Assembly: GCA_963789395.1 (NCBI GenBank)
Contig: CAWBKP010000004.1
Span: forward strand, 1 to 64,000
Direction: 5' to 3'
Length of the DNA: 64,000 nucleotides
Source of the DNA: an uncultured delta proteobacterium
GTDB taxonomy: Bacteria > Desulfobacterota > Desulfobacteria > Desulfobacterales > Desulfatirhabdiaceae
Positions 43,622 through 56,244 of the stretch are shown here, one piece after another. Numbering within the stretch: the stretch's first letter is position 1; each line of letters starts with the position of its first letter. Both the position numbers and the translations under genes were made by a program. The notes below the pieces were generated by a model. The model ran no database searches, was not told the DNA's origin, and saw only the letters and a list, made by a program, of their open reading frames with translations.

Positions 43622-44296
43622 ATGGAAGAACTGGTCTATATTCAACACACGGTGTTTCCGTCCCTGATGCAGGGACTGGGCGTCAGCATGCTGCTGATCC
43701 TGCCGTCGGCCATCTGCGGCCTCTGTCTGGGAGTTGCGGCCGGGACCCTTCAGGTCTATGGCTCGCCGCTGACAAAAATCCTGATGAACGGCTATGTGCT
43801 GATTTTCAGGGGATTTCCCCTGATCATTCAGCTTTATATCTGGTATTTCGGACTTGCCCGGATCGGCATATTTCTGTCCCCTTACACGGCCTCGGTCCTC
43901 GGGTTCAGCCTGTGCAGCGCAGCCTATCATTCCGAGTATATCCGCGGCGCCCTGCTTTCCATCAAGCACGGCCAGGCCGCGGCAGCCCAGGCCCTGGGGT
44001 TTACCCGCGTTCAGACCCTTTTGTCCATTATCCTGCCCCAGGCCATGCGAAGGGCGCTTCCGGGCTGCGGCAATGAAATCATCTACCTGATCAAGTATTC
44101 ATCCCTGGCGTACATGGTTACCTGCATCGAGCTGACCGGAAAGGCAAAAATACTGGCGTCCGCATCCTTCAAATACATCGAGGTGTTCATGATTGTCGGC
44201 GCAATCTATCTTTTTCTGGTGTCGCTGGCGTCCTGGCTGCTGGGCCGCCTTGAAACCCGGTTGGTCGTTCCGGGGTTTGAGCGGTACAAATCATGA
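43622..44296 (+). CDS. Amino-acid ABC transporter permease
   Basis: FRGFPLIIQL, SAAYHSEYIRGA, ILPQAMRRALP..NE. Confidence 0.9.
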   Translation: MEELVYIQHTVFPSLMQGLGVSMLLILPSAICGLCLGVAAGTLQVYGSPLTKILMNGYVLIFRGFPLIIQLYIWYFGLARIGIFLSPYTASVLGFSLCSAAYHSEYIRGALLSIKHGQAAAAQALGFTRVQTLLSIILPQAMRRALPGCGNEIIYLIKYSSLAYMVTCIELTGKAKILASASFKYIEVFMIVGAIYLFLVSLASWLLGRLETRLVVPGFERYKS

Positions 44297-47200
44297 CGGA
44301 CCGGGAAATTCCCTACAATTATACTTCGGCGGATGACGGCCAGATCGTCCGGTTTCTTCTGGGGAAAAAAGCCTGGTACGCCCTTGAAAAGCTCCGCTAT
44401 CGCCGGGTCAAGGGAAAGCTGCTCAGGCTCCTGCTTCGCTTTATCGGGGACAGCTTCATTCTTTTCCGAAATCCCTTCATTTATCAGGAACTCATCGACA
44501 ATTCCCGCAGGCGGCATCATTTTCTGCGCACAGCCAAAGACGATCTGGCGGCTGTCCATGCCCATCTGACCGAGGATCCGGATGAACAGGCCATCATTGC
44601 CGCCTGCCGGTCCTTTCTGGCTGAACTGGAAATCTCGCTTTTCAGTATCCGGGAAAAGCGAAGCCGGATTCTCGCGAACGCTCGGCGCCATCATCGGCGA
44701 GAAAAATGTCTGCTTTGACCCGTTTTCCCTGATCAGCCATGCCACGGATGCCACGGACTGGCGGCTTTATCTTCCCCTTGCCGTTGTTTATCCGACCGAA
44801 GCCGCCCAGATTTCTCCCTTGCTGAAGGCGATCGCAGCTCTCAAGCTGCGGGTTGATCCCCCGCGGCGGCGGCACGGGACTGACCGGCGGCAGCGTTCCG
44901 GTCGGCGCCGACTGCATCGTGCTGAATGTCGAAAAGCTGAACCGCATTCACGGCATTTTTGAAACAGAAATTGAATATCCGGACGGATCCATCCAAAAAA
45001 CCGCGGTGATGCGGCTGGAGGCCGGGGTGATTACCGAACAGGCCATCTCCCTTGCGGCCCGAAACGGGCTGGTGTTTGCCACGGACCCCACCAGCGCCTG
45101 GGCCTCGAGCATCGGGGGAAATATCGCGGAAAACGCCGGCGGAAAAACCGCCGTGCTCTGGGGAACGGCCATCGACAACCTGCTGTCGTACCGGATCACC
45201 ATGGCCCAGGGGCAGGAGTGGACCGTCCGGCGCATGCATCACCCGCTTCGCAAAATTCTGCCCGGATGACACGGTTCTTTTTGAAATCCGCGACAGCCAC
45301 GACAACCTGCTGCGCCGGGTGTCCCTGGACGCATCCGAGATCCGGACCCCGGGTCTTGGCAAAGACATCACCAATAAAGCCCTTGCGCGGCCTTCCGGGC
45401 ATTCAGAAAGAAGGCACCGACGGCATCATCACTAGCGCGGAATTCATTCTGCATCCGGCCTATCCCCACAAGACCACCTGCTGTCTGGAGTTTTTCGGAG
45501 AAGACATGGATGAGGCCAGCCGGGTGATCGTGGACATTTCAAAAGCCTTTGTGAACCAGGGCCGGGAAGCGCTCATGGCCCTGGAGCATTTTGACGAGGA
45601 ATATGTCCGGGCCATCGCCTACCAGGTCAAGGCCCCGCGAACCCGCCTGCCAAAGGCCGTGCTCCTGATCGATATTGTCGGGCATACGGCGGAGCAGGTG
45701 GCGCAGGGAAAGGACCGCCTGACCGCGCTCTTGAAGCCCTATCCCAACACCTGTCTCTTTGTTGCCAGAGATGCGCAGGAAGCCGAGCAGTTCTGGCAGG
45801 ACAGAAAACGCCTGGGAGCGATCGCCAGCCGGACCAATGCCTTCAAGCTGAACGAGGACATCGTCCTGCCGCTGCATGCCCTGGCGGATTTTGCGATGTT
45901 CGTGGATGGGTTTAACGGCGAGGAGGATCGCTACAACCAGAAAACCGTTGTCTGGCAGATCGGCGCGGTTCTGGAAGCGCTGGAAGCCACGGAAGATCCC
46001 CAGTGGCTGAGCGACCGGCTGGCGCCGGCCAGGGAGTTGTGCCGGCAGGCCATCGACCTTCTGGAATTTGCCGGCAAGGACGCGCTTCGGGAGGAAAAAC
46101 ACCTCCAGCATCTGATCGGCGAGCTGGAGGGGCTGTTTCACGGAAATCCCGTCTGCGGCCGGATTCGGGAGCAGCGCACGGAGGTTCGCCGCAGGCTGAT
46201 CATTATCGCCACCCACATGCATGCCGGCGACGGAAATGTTCATGTCAATATTCCGGTATTTTCCAATGACCGGGACATGATGATCCGGGCCGCGGAAACC
46301 GCGGACGCGGTGATGGCCAAGGCCGTGGAGCTGGAAGGCGTGGTCAGCGGGGAGCACGGCATCGGCTTTACCAAGCTGAAATACCTGGATTCCGCAAAAA
46401 CTGAAAGATCTGGCCGATTACCGAAAACAGGTGGATCCGGAAGGCATCATGAATCCCGGAAAACTGGATGATCTGGAAATTCCCGAAAAAGTCTTTGCCT
46501 CATCCTTTAACCTGCTGGGGCTTGAAGCCAGAATTCTCCGGCACGGATCTCTGGAAATCCTGGCTGAAAAAATCTCCAAATGCATCCGCTGCGGCCGGTG
46601 CAAGCCGGACTGCTGCGTGTTTTCTCCGGCGGAAAATCTTTTTTTTCATCCCCGGAACAAGAACCTGGCCATCGTATCCCTGATCGAAGCCATGCTCTAT
46701 GACGCCCAGCGATCCCATTCGACCCGCTTTGAGCTCCTGCATTATCTGGAAGAAATCGCGGACCACTGCACCATCTGCCATAAATGCCGGCCGCCCTGTC
46801 CGGTCGGCATCGACACCGGCGAGATCTCCATTCTGGAGCGGGAAATTCTGGAAACCCTGCGATACAAGCACACGTCTCTGGCCACCCGGCTGACGCTTTC
46901 CTATCTGGAAAGCCGGTCCGGGGCGACCAACCGGGTGATGCGAAAGTCATTGGCCCTGGGGGCCCGGATTCAGCGCACGGGACACCGGCTGCTGACTGCA
47001 ATGCCCCCGTCCTTTGAACAGCGCCTTCCGGGGCTATCCTACCTGCGTTCGCCGGTGACGCCCCTGTCCAGGGGAACGCTCCGGGATGTGCTTCCCGCAT
47101 CCGGATGGAATCACAGCCTGTGCATCGAACCCATGGAGCCCGCGGCCTTTACGGTGTTTTATTTTCCGGGCTGCGGCTCGGAAAGGCTGTTTTCAAACAT

Positions 47201-47897
47201 TTCCATTGCCGCCATTTATATGCTGTTAAAGTCACAAACCCGCGTGGTGCTGCCGCCCGCCTTTTTATGCTGCGGATATCCGGCCCAGGTGAATGCCAAG
47301 TCCGCTGTCCAGGGCAGACAGGTGCTGCAAAACGCCATTATCTTCAGCCAGATCCGGGAAATGCTGGGATATCTTTCCTTTGACGCCTGCGTGGTGAGCT
47401 GCGGCACCTGCCGGGAGGCCCTGCAGCAGATGGACATGCAGCAAATTTTCGGCTGCGGCATTCACGATGTCTGCGGCTTTGTGCTGAAAACCGGCGTAAA
47501 AATCGACGCCGGCGAAACCTGTCTCTATCACCGGCCCTGCCATGATTCCCTGGACGCTCAGGGCGAAGCCCTGCTTGAAACCTGCGGATACCGCGTCACC
47601 CCGGTTCCCCACTGCTGCTCCGAAGCCGGAACCCTTTCCCTGAGCCGGCCGGATATTTCAAACGCCATGCTGGCGCGAAAACAGCGGGCATTGTCCGGAA
47701 TCATCGGCGATTCCGGCTACTCAGGCATCAAACTGCTCACCCACTGCCCCTCCTGCCTCCAGGGGCTCGGCAGAAATGCGAATATGAACATGATCCCCCG
47801 GCACATGACCGAAGAGCTGGCCATTCAAATCGGCGGAAAAGACTGGGAAAAAGAAGCCAGGCGGCTGGTTCAAAACGCGGAGCGCATCATTTTTTAA
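44293..47897 (+). CDS. Large FAD-linked oxidase/Fe-S (CCG) fusion protein (DUF3683-type), frameshifted
   Basis: DATDWR, PRGGGTGLTGG, DPTSAWASSIGGNIAENAGG, HMHAGDGNVHVNIP, SGEHGIG, CIRCGRCKPDC, FPGCGSE, CCGYP. Confidence 0.88.
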
Positions 47898-47964
47898 TGG
47901 TCCGCATCACTGTCTCCGATCCAACGCGAACCGGCGATCCCGACAGTTCTCCGAAATCATTTCC

Positions 47965-47994
47965 TGTAACCCAATTCCTTTTTCGGGTTCATCA
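47965..47994 (+). promoter_or_regulatory. Possible ECF-sigma promoter
   Basis: TGTAAC (-35-like) and TCATCA (-10-like) upstream of the ECF operon. Confidence 0.4.
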
Positions 47995-48044
47995 CTGATC
48001 AGAGATTTCCATAATCTGTTTGTCTACTTCAAAGGAGTTGTGAT

Positions 48045-48224
48045 ATGAAAGAAGCACTGATATTGCTGGCGGTCGTGGCGGGTTGGTTTGTTCTTCAGGC
48101 CTATATTCTGCCGAAGCTTGGTATTTCCACCTGAATGAAAGACGCCTGTCAGGTGACAGGCAAGAAAAAGAATGTCGATCTCCCCCAAATCCAAAGATCA
48201 GACAGGATGATGATTTTGAACTGA
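48045..48224 (+). CDS. Putative small membrane selenoprotein (UGA = Sec at codon 30)
   Basis: RBS AAAGGAG; MKEALILLAVVAGWFVLQAYILPKLGIST-U-MKDACQV...; hairpin GCCTGTC-AGGT-GACAGGC at 48144-48161. Confidence 0.65.
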
Positions 48225-48787
48225 TCCAGGCGATCAACGCCGGAGAGTCCGAACTGTTTCCGGAACTGGTCCGGCGCTATGAACGGAAACTGTATAATTT
48301 CGGCATGCGCATGTGCCGGGATGTTCAGGATACCGAAGACATGGTTCAGGACACGTTTATCAATGTCTTCAAATATCTGAAGGATTTTCGATATGAAACC
48401 AAATTCAAGAACTGGCTCTACCGCATTGCCACCAGCACCTGCCTGAAGAAAAAGAGAAAATCCAAATACGCGCCGGAAAGAGAGCTGTCTCTGGATGAGT
48501 TCATTCCCGATGAAAACGCCGAGATTCCGGTGCAGGTGCCGGGCTGGGCCTCCATCCCGCTGGATCAGCTCCTGAATGAAGAGCTTTCCGCCGTCATCAA
48601 AGAAGGCGTTGCATCACTTCCGGAAAAATACCGGCTGGTCCTGGTGCTGCGGGACATGGAAGGATTCAGCACCGCGGAAACCGCCCAGGTTCTGGGCCTG
48701 ACAACCGAAAACATCAAGGTAAGACTCCATCGGGCGCGTCTTTTCCTGAGAGAAAAACTCAAAACCTATTATGACCATGGCGCATGA
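48172..48787 (+). CDS. ECF RNA polymerase sigma factor
   Basis: DFELIQAI, EDMVQDTF, FKNWLYRIA, LPEKYRLVLVLRDMEGFS..E.AQVLG...KVRLHRAR; exact start uncertain. Confidence 0.92.
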
Positions 48788-49046
48788 TCACAACCGCAAA
48801 GACTGTCTGGCAATGTTCGCCAAATTGTCCGAATACCTCGACAATGAGCTGGACGAGCTGACCTGCAAAGACATTGAAGACCATGCCAGGGACTGTATTC
48901 CCTGCAAGGCCTGCCTGGAAACCCTCCGGCAGACCATCGGCTTGTGCCGGTCTCTGGCGCCGGACGAAAAACCGGTGCCCGAAGCATTTTCAAATCAGCT
49001 GAAAGCGCTGATTCAGAAACTGTCCCGCGAGAAAACAGCCGACTGA
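48777..49046 (+). CDS. Zinc-finger (zf-HC2) anti-sigma factor
   Basis: C...LSEYLDNEL...HARDCIPC (HxxxCxxC); overlaps the sigma gene. Confidence 0.88.
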   Translation: MAHDHNRKDCLAMFAKLSEYLDNELDELTCKDIEDHARDCIPCKACLETLRQTIGLCRSLAPDEKPVPEAFSNQLKALIQKLSREKTAD

Positions 49047-49079
49047 TCTTCCCGTTGGTTTTTGCATCCACAAACCGAT

Positions 49080-49941
49080 TTAACCTGCCGCCAGTGCGAT
49101 GACCCCGACGACGATCGCAACCGCAGCCGGCAGCCTCCGGCGGATATCCTCCTCAGCCAGGAGACGTGATCCCATCACCGCGGCGATCAAAATGCTCACC
49201 TCCCGGGCCGGGGCAATGTAGCTGACGGGTGCGGAGACAAGGGCCGTCAGGACCATGATGTAAGACAGCGGACAGAGAAGCCCCACCCCGATGGCTTCTT
49301 TTCTGTGAATCCGCCACTCTTTCCGAACATCTCCCCATTTCCGGAAAGCCACCGGAGCAAGCATGATCACGCGGCCCAGGTTCGTGCAGTAATCCTGAAG
49401 CAGGGGAGGGATCATGAGGGTGCTGACGGCATATTTGTCCCAAAGGGTATAGGCGGCAATGATGATTCCGGTGAGCAGCCCGTACCCCACCCCCCGCTTG
49501 CGACTCCCCCTGAAACCACCCGAGCCCCCGGACAGGAAAAAAACGCCTGCCGCAACCAGAAAGGCGCCCAGGAGGGCCAGAGCGCTTGGCCTCTCCCCCA
49601 GAAACAGGATTGCGACCAGCGTGGCGATGGTGGGTCCGGTCCCGCGTGCAAGCGGATATACCAGGGATAAATCTCCCTCCCGATACCCTTTCTGGAGGAT
49701 CAGAAAATAGGCCAGGTGGATCAAGGCGCTGCCGACCATGAAAACGAGCTGGAGGGGGCCGATATCCGGTTTTTGCCAGAAAAAAACAACGAGGGCCACC
49801 GGGGCATAAAAAACGCGATGAGATTGCGGCAAAGAGCCAGACAAAAGCGGCGCCGCCGTCTCCTGCCCGTTTGGCAAGATAGTTCCACGTGGCATGAATG
49901 AACGCGGCGGCAAGAACCAGTCCAAAAGCGAATGCAGTCAC
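49080..49941 (-). CDS. DMT/EamA-family transporter (frameshift)
   Basis: LVLAAAFIHATWNYLAK, GDLSLVYPLARGTGP, IAAYTLWDK, APAREVSIL. Confidence 0.88.
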
Positions 49942-49978
49942 AGCGCCTGCCTGAGTTGCTGTTTCAGAGGATCTCCGG

Positions 49979-50345
49979 TCATGTCAATTCAGACGAAATT
50001 TGCCAGAACTCGATCCGGGTTCCTTCCGGGTCAAAGAGATAAAAAACACGGGCGCCCCAGGGATGTTTTTGGATTGGCGTCGGCGCTAACCCGTTTTTCT
50101 GGACATCCGCCCATGCTCTTTCGATCCGGTCGACTTCCCATGACAGGGTGATGCCTTTTCCGCGGGAAGTCTTGATGGATGCGCGTTTTTCGTTCGCAAT
50201 GCTGAGCCGGGTCGACTCGTTCAGGGAAAACTCCACAAACCAGTCCGTGGAAAAGGTGACCGGCAGCTTTAATCGGTCCCGGTAAAACCGGACCGTATCT
50301 TCCCATTTACTGCAATAGAGAATCGTATTGGCGGATTTAATCATG
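49979..50345 (-). CDS. VOC/glyoxalase-family protein
   Basis: MIKSANTILY...FYRDRL...HPWGARVFYLFDPEGTRIEFW. Confidence 0.85.
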
Positions 50346-50379
50346 AATCGTCCCTCGTGAAGCGTAAACGGTAAAGCGG

Positions 50380-51618
50380 CTATGGCAGGGCCTCGGGTTT
50401 TAAAATGAGAAAATACATCTCCCCCCGGTGCTGAAGGTGTCCGGCGGCCAGTTCCGCGTAAGGGCCGTTGCCCCAGAAAATATCCGCCCGGCCAGGACCG
50501 ATAATGGCGCCGCCGGTATCCTGATTCAGGGCGAATCTCCCGAAATCTTCCCAGGTTCCGAGCTGCACCTGCTTCGGTCATGACGGGTTTTTGCGTCTGA
50601 ATGTACATCAGAGCGGCGGGCGGAAAGATTTTTTTGTCAACGGCGATCGAGCGGCCCGGGGTCAGCGGCACATTCAGGTTTCCCAGGGGGCCGTCTGTTT
50701 CGGTTTTAAAAAAGACATAGCTGGGATTGGCGCTTAAAATTGCTTCCTGCTCCTCGGGATGGGATTTTAAATAGGCGCGAATGGCCTGCATGGAGATTTC
50801 CGATTTGGGAATTTTTCCCTGATCGATCAGCACCTTGCCGATGCTCCGGTAAGGATGCCCATTGGTGGCATGGTAGTGGACGTTCAGGGTTTTGCCCTGA
50901 TCCAGCAGTATTTTCCCGGACCCTTGGATGTGCAGGAAAAACAGATCCACCGGATCACTGACCCAGGCCAGGGCCTGGCCTTTGAAGATTTTCCGGTTTT
51001 CGATGGTTTTGCGGTCATAATAGGGAACAAGGGTCTGGCCCGTATACCGGCCGGTGATGGTTTCTCCCGCATATTTGGCGGAAAACGCCGACAGGTCAAC
51101 GGTAATCAGATCGTCGGGCCGGCTGTAGATGGGATAGCGGTAAAGGGGCGTTTCCTTGAGGCTTCCCTTTAATACCGGCTCGTAATAGCCGGTAAAGAGC
51201 ACTTTTTCGGAAGACCCGCCGGCCCGGTAAACAACAAAATCTCTTCGAACCCTTTCATTGATTTGATCCGCAGAGGGCCTGGTTTGAATGAATTCCTGAA
51301 ACACCTCAAGAGACCGGATCAGATGGGCCGCGGTGTAGGAATCCGCGCCAAAAGCAAAGGCGCGGTCCTTGGGAACTTTTTTTAAATACGTCAGACTCAT
51401 TTGAATGCAGTGATTCAGCCCCTCATAATTCAAATCATCGGATAGCGCCGGATATGCCGAAGGGGACAGTTTGACAAGGGCCGGCGGGGCCTCAACAACG
51501 GTTGGGGCCTTGACGGGCGCACATCCGGAAAGGAGCAGGACCACCCCACGACAATCCGTGACAGGTTAATCCATATACTTTGTTCGATATTGTTTTTGAC
51601 AGACCCCTTTGTCTTCAT
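50380..51618 (-). CDS. mltA: Membrane-bound lytic murein transglycosylase A (frameshifts)
   Basis: Lipobox LSGC, FTGYYEP, LFFLHIQGSG, NPSYVFF, SIAVD, QDTGGAIIGPGRADIFWG. Confidence 0.92.
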
Positions 51619-52698
51619 TCCTCGTCTCCCTGGATGATCTGAACCGGTCTTTTTTCAACCAAAGCCCCATTGGCCAGATGTCGCACTGCCTTTGGCCGAA
51701 ACGCCAAGATCCGTAAATCTTCTGCATGCGGGAAGCACCCGCTTTTCATAAGAGCCGACCAGTTGATTATAGGTGGCCACGCAGCGGTCGATGTCCTTTC
51801 CCAGATGATGAAAATGGCCGGCCATGATGCAAAGCCGATCGTAGAGCTCGCATCCCATGCGATGAATTTCGCGGGCGTTGGCCTCGCCGGCTTCCTGCCG
51901 CCATCCGAAGGCGATGGTCTTTAACAGCGAAATCAGCGTGGTGGGAGTTGCCAGAATCACGCCTTTTGCCGCGCCGTATTCAATGAGGTCCGGGGCATGG
52001 GAAAGGGCGGCGCTGAAAAAATTTTCTCCGGGAATAAAGAGAACCACGAATTCCGGAGACGGCTGAAACTGCGCCCAGTAGGATTTTGCCGCCAGCTTCT
52101 GGATATGGGCCTGAACCTGCCGGGCGTGGGTTTCCAGCAGCCGCCTTTGGTCCGCATCCGTTTCCGCTTCCAGGGATTCCAGATAGGCGGAAAGGGGCGC
52201 CTTGGCGTCTATCACGATCCGGCGCTGGCCGGAAAGGGTGACGATCATGTCCGGCCGAAGCAGCCCGTCCTCCGCGGTCACGGAATTCTGCTCGACAAAA
52301 TCGCAGTGATCCGCCATGCCGGATATCTCCGCCACCCGCTTTAACGTCATTTCCCCCCACCTGCCGCGCACATGGGGAACCCGAAGCGCCTTGGCCAGAT
52401 TGCCGGTTTCCTGGTGAAGAATGGCCTGGGTATCCATCAGGGACCGGATCTGCTCGGAAAGCCCGCCATAGGCGTTTTGCCTGGACCTTTCCATTTCCTG
52501 AATGTTGTGGTCATAGCGATCCAGCGTGTCTTTCAGGGGCTGGACAATCAGGGAGGCGATTTCCGAGCGGTCTTCGACCAGAGACTGATAATAGCGAAAG
52601 TTCAGCCTGGCCCTGGATAAAAACCAGCCTGCCAGAAATCCGGCGAAAAGACCGGCCGCAGCTCCGCCAAAAAAAATGATGAGCGTCTGGGTATTCAT
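51615..52698 (-). CDS. rmuC: DNA recombination protein RmuC
   Basis: RGRWGEMTL, RPDMIV, IDAKAP, PEFVVLFIPGE, LATPTTL. Confidence 0.92.
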
Positions 52699-53174
52699 GA
52701 GGATCGGGTGAAGGTGCCGCTTTTTCCGCCGGCCTTTTCCAGAAGGCAGATATCGGAAATCGTCATTTCCCGGTCGGCTGCCTTGCACATGTCGTAAATG
52801 GTGAGGGCGGCAACGGATACGGCCGTCAGGGCCTCCATTTCGACCCCCGTCTGATCGATGATGCGCACGGAGGCTTCGATCCGGATGGCGCTTTTTTCCG
52901 GGTCCGGGAAAAAGTCGATCTGGGCATGCTTGATGTTCAGGGGATGACACATGGGAATCAAATCCGATGTGCGCTTGGCCCCCATGATGCCGGCGATGCG
53001 GGCCGTCTCCAGAACATTGCCTTTTTTTGCCGTCTGGTTCTGAATCATGGCAAAGGTGTCGGGCTTCATGGTGATGATTCCCTGCGCAACGGCAATTCTT
53101 AAGGTCGGCGGTTTATCCGATACATCCACCATCCGCACCCGGCCTTGTGAATCGATATGGGTAAAAGAAGACAT
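52695..53174 (-). CDS. moaC: Cyclic pyranopterin monophosphate synthase
   Basis: RMVDVSDK, KKGNVLETARIAGI, LIPMCHPL, TGVEMEAL, IYDMCKA, KAGGKSG. Confidence 0.97.
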   Translation of the reverse strand: MSSFTHIDSQGRVRMVDVSDKPPTLRIAVAQGIITMKPDTFAMIQNQTAKKGNVLETARIAGIMGAKRTSDLIPMCHPLNIKHAQIDFFPDPEKSAIRIEASVRIIDQTGVEMEALTAVSVAALTIYDMCKAADREMTISDICLLEKAGGKSGTFTRSS

Positions 53175-53331
53175 CCGTCGTTTCTCCTGAAAGGATATTG
53201 AAAAAAGGGGATTTTTCCTGGACCTTAACCTGATGGTAATTCAGATCAGGAGGATGTGACAAGTTTTTTTTCACATATCCTGAAAGAGAAGGTTTTTGAT
53301 AACCTGAAACATCCATGTTATACTCGCCGCT

Positions 53332-56200
53332 ATGACCCTGCAGACACAACAAAGAAAGATCGTCCCCATGTTTGAATCGCTTCAGGAGAGAATCGCAGGC
53401 CAGGTTTTCACGGATCCGATTCGAACCGGGCTGCTGTCCACGGACGGGAGCATTTACCGGGTCAAACCGGCGGCCGTGGTGTATCCGGCATCGGTTGAAG
53501 ACGTGATTCAAACCGTTCGCTTTGCCGGCAAGAACGGGCTTTCGGTCCATCCCCGCGGGGCCGGCAGCGGTCTGTGCGGATCCGCCCTGGGAAGCGGCAT
53601 TGTTCTGGATTTTTCAAGAAACATGAACCGCCTCCTGCATCTGGATATCCAAAACAACTGGATGGCATGCGAGCCCGGATACCGGCTGGGAGAGCTGGAC
53701 GCAGCCCTGAAGGGAAAAGGGCTTTTCTTTCCGCCCGACCCTTCCAGCGGCGAATACGCCTCGTTTGGCGGCATGTACGCCACCAACGCCAGCGGCGCGC
53801 ATTCGGTAAAATACGGCAATGTCGCCGATTACATTCTGGATGCGCAGGTCGTGCTCGGCACCGGCCAGGTGGTTGTCCTTTCCGATATCCTGGACACCCC
53901 TTACCAGAGGCTTTCCGGGCCATTTCAGAGAATTTACGATCTGTATGCCCGAAATCAGGCGGATATCGAATCCGCATATCCGGACATCCGGTGCAACACC
54001 GCAGGGTATAATCTGAGGGGTCTGGTCAGAGACGGCCGCCTGGATTTGACCCGGCTGTTTGCCGGCGCGGAAGGCACGCTGGGGATTGTCACCCGGCTGA
54101 AGTTCCGGCTTCTGCCAAAACCCGGCCATGACGCCCTGGTGGTGGCGTTTTTCACCGACATTCTCTCCTCGGCCCGCGCGGTTCAGGAAATTCTGCCGCT
54201 GGGGCCGTCCGGCATCGAGATCATGGACAAATCCCTGCTGAATCTGGCCAGGGAACACGATCCCCGGCTAAAAAACCATATTCCGGACGGCATCGACAAT
54301 GTCCTTCTCATTGAATTCGATTCGCAGACGCCTGAACCCTGCATGGACCGCTGTCATCAGGCCCAGCAGATTCTGACTGTCCCGCGGATACACGGAAAAT
54401 TCCCATATCGCCGTCACCGCCCGGGAAAAGGAAAATTTCTGGGCCGTTCGAAAGGCCGCGGTCCCGATTCTCTATAAACTGAAAGGCGAGAAAAAAATCC
54501 TGGCCCTGATTGAGGATGCCGCCGTTCCGACCGACAGGCTGGTGGACTATTTCAGGGGAATCTATGCGATACTGAACCAATGCCAGGTCTCTTTTGTGGT
54601 TTACGGGCACATTGCCAAGGGGCTGCTGCATACCCGGCCCCTGTTGAACCTGAAAGACCCGGACGATGTCAAAAAGCTGAAACCCATCGCCGATGCGGTG
54701 TTTGATCTGGTTCATTCCCTTGGCGGCGCTGTTTCCGGAGAGCATGGGGACGGCAGGCTCCGGAGCGCTTATATCCGGCGCCAGTATCCGAAAATCTTTC
54801 CGCTGTTTCTGGAAATCAAGCACCTGCTGGACCCCGAAATCCGCTTGAATCCGGACATCATCACCTCCGACAATCCGGATCAATTGGCCCAGGACCTTCG
54901 CTATGGGCCGGCTTATCATGCCGCGGACCTGCCGGAAAAGCACCTGCTGTGGCCGGAAGGGTTTCGTCAATGAAATCGAAAAATGCCACGGCTGCGCCAA
55001 ATGCACCACCGTTACTTCCGCCACGCGCATGTGCCCGGTTTATAAAGTCACCCGGGATGAATCCGCAACGCCCAGGGCAAAGGCCAACATCCTGAGAATG
55101 CTGATCAGCGGCGCCATCGATGACAGCCTGCTGTATCACGAGGCCTTTCAAGAAGTCATTTCCCGGTGCATCTCTTGCGGAAGCTGTTTTCACGAATGCC
55201 CGTCCGGCGTCAATATCCCCAAAATGGCCATGGAGGCCCGCGCAGCAGCCATTTCACGCTTTGGCGCCTCCTTTCATGAAACGCTGGTTGTCAGCACCGA
55301 GCGGGCCGGAAAGGCCGCGGGGAAATTCTCCCGCCTGCTGACGCCGTTTCTGGACATGCCGGCGGTTAAAGCTCTGGGAGAAAAAGTCACCGGCATCGCT
55401 TCGCGCCGCAGCCTGCCGCCTTTTGCCAAAAAATCTCTTTTTGAGCAGAGTCCCTTTGCTCTCCGGCAGCGGGGCACCGAGGGTTCTCTATTTTGCCGGC
55501 TGTTACGCCGGCTACCTGCGGCCGTCGATCGGCAAAGCCGCCATTTCGGTAATGTCCGTCAATGGGAATGACCGTGCTGACCCCGAAGCAGCATTGCTGC
55601 GGGCTTCCCATGCTGGCAAAAGGCATGATCCCGCAGGCCAGGGAAAGCATCGAGGCGAATTTTTCAAGCTGGGGCCGGTTGATCGCATCCGTTGATTATC
55701 TGGCGGTCTCCTGCTCCTCCTGCGGGCTGGCGCTGATGCAGGAATGGGGCTATCTGGAGGATTCCGTCTTTGTGCGAACGCGTCCGGGAAAAACTGATTC
55801 ACATCAGCCGGCTGATCAACCGCTATTCCGACCGGCTGCAAACAGCGCCGTCCCGGATGCGCCTGTTTTATCATGCCCCCTGTCATTTAAAGGCCCAGCC
55901 GGAGCCCGACAGTTCGATTCAACTGCTCCGCAGCCTCAAGGGCGCCGTCATCGAACATCCCGGCCACCCGCTGCTGCGGCATGGCCGGCGCATGGGGCCT
56001 GTCAAAGGATCATTTCGACTTGAGCCTTGCCATCGGATCGGACATGATTCAGCAGCTCAATGCCTCCCGCGCGGATGCCGGCGTAACCGACTGCCCGACA
56101 TGCGCCATGCAGATGTCCCAGTTCAGCCGCAAACCGATCCGGCATCCCGTGGAAATCATCGCCGATCATTTACGCAACCCTGCATTTTATCAGAACAAGA
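53332..56200 (+). CDS. FAD-binding/Fe-S (GlcD-GlcF-like) 2-hydroxyacid oxidoreductase fusion, frameshifted
   Basis: RGAGSGL, PDPSS, NASGAHSVKYG, GAEGTLG, SGEHGDG, CHGCAKC, CISCGSC..ECP, CCGLP, CCGMAG; 3' end approximate. Confidence 0.88.
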
Positions 56201-56244
56201 CAGGGCATCGGATTCAGTCCCCGATTCAACCAAGGAAATGCTAC

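Noticed and set aside
49979..51544. MltA-VOC fusion (521-aa ORF)
   Set aside because: Frameshift artefact: the true MltA C-terminus lies in ORF 50380..50568 and the VOC gene has its own ATG.
51655..52950. N-terminal extensions of RmuC (likewise ORFs 20968.., 27577.., 58760..)
   Set aside because: The extensions overlap neighbouring genes; better starts with RBS or ATGA coupling lie downstream.
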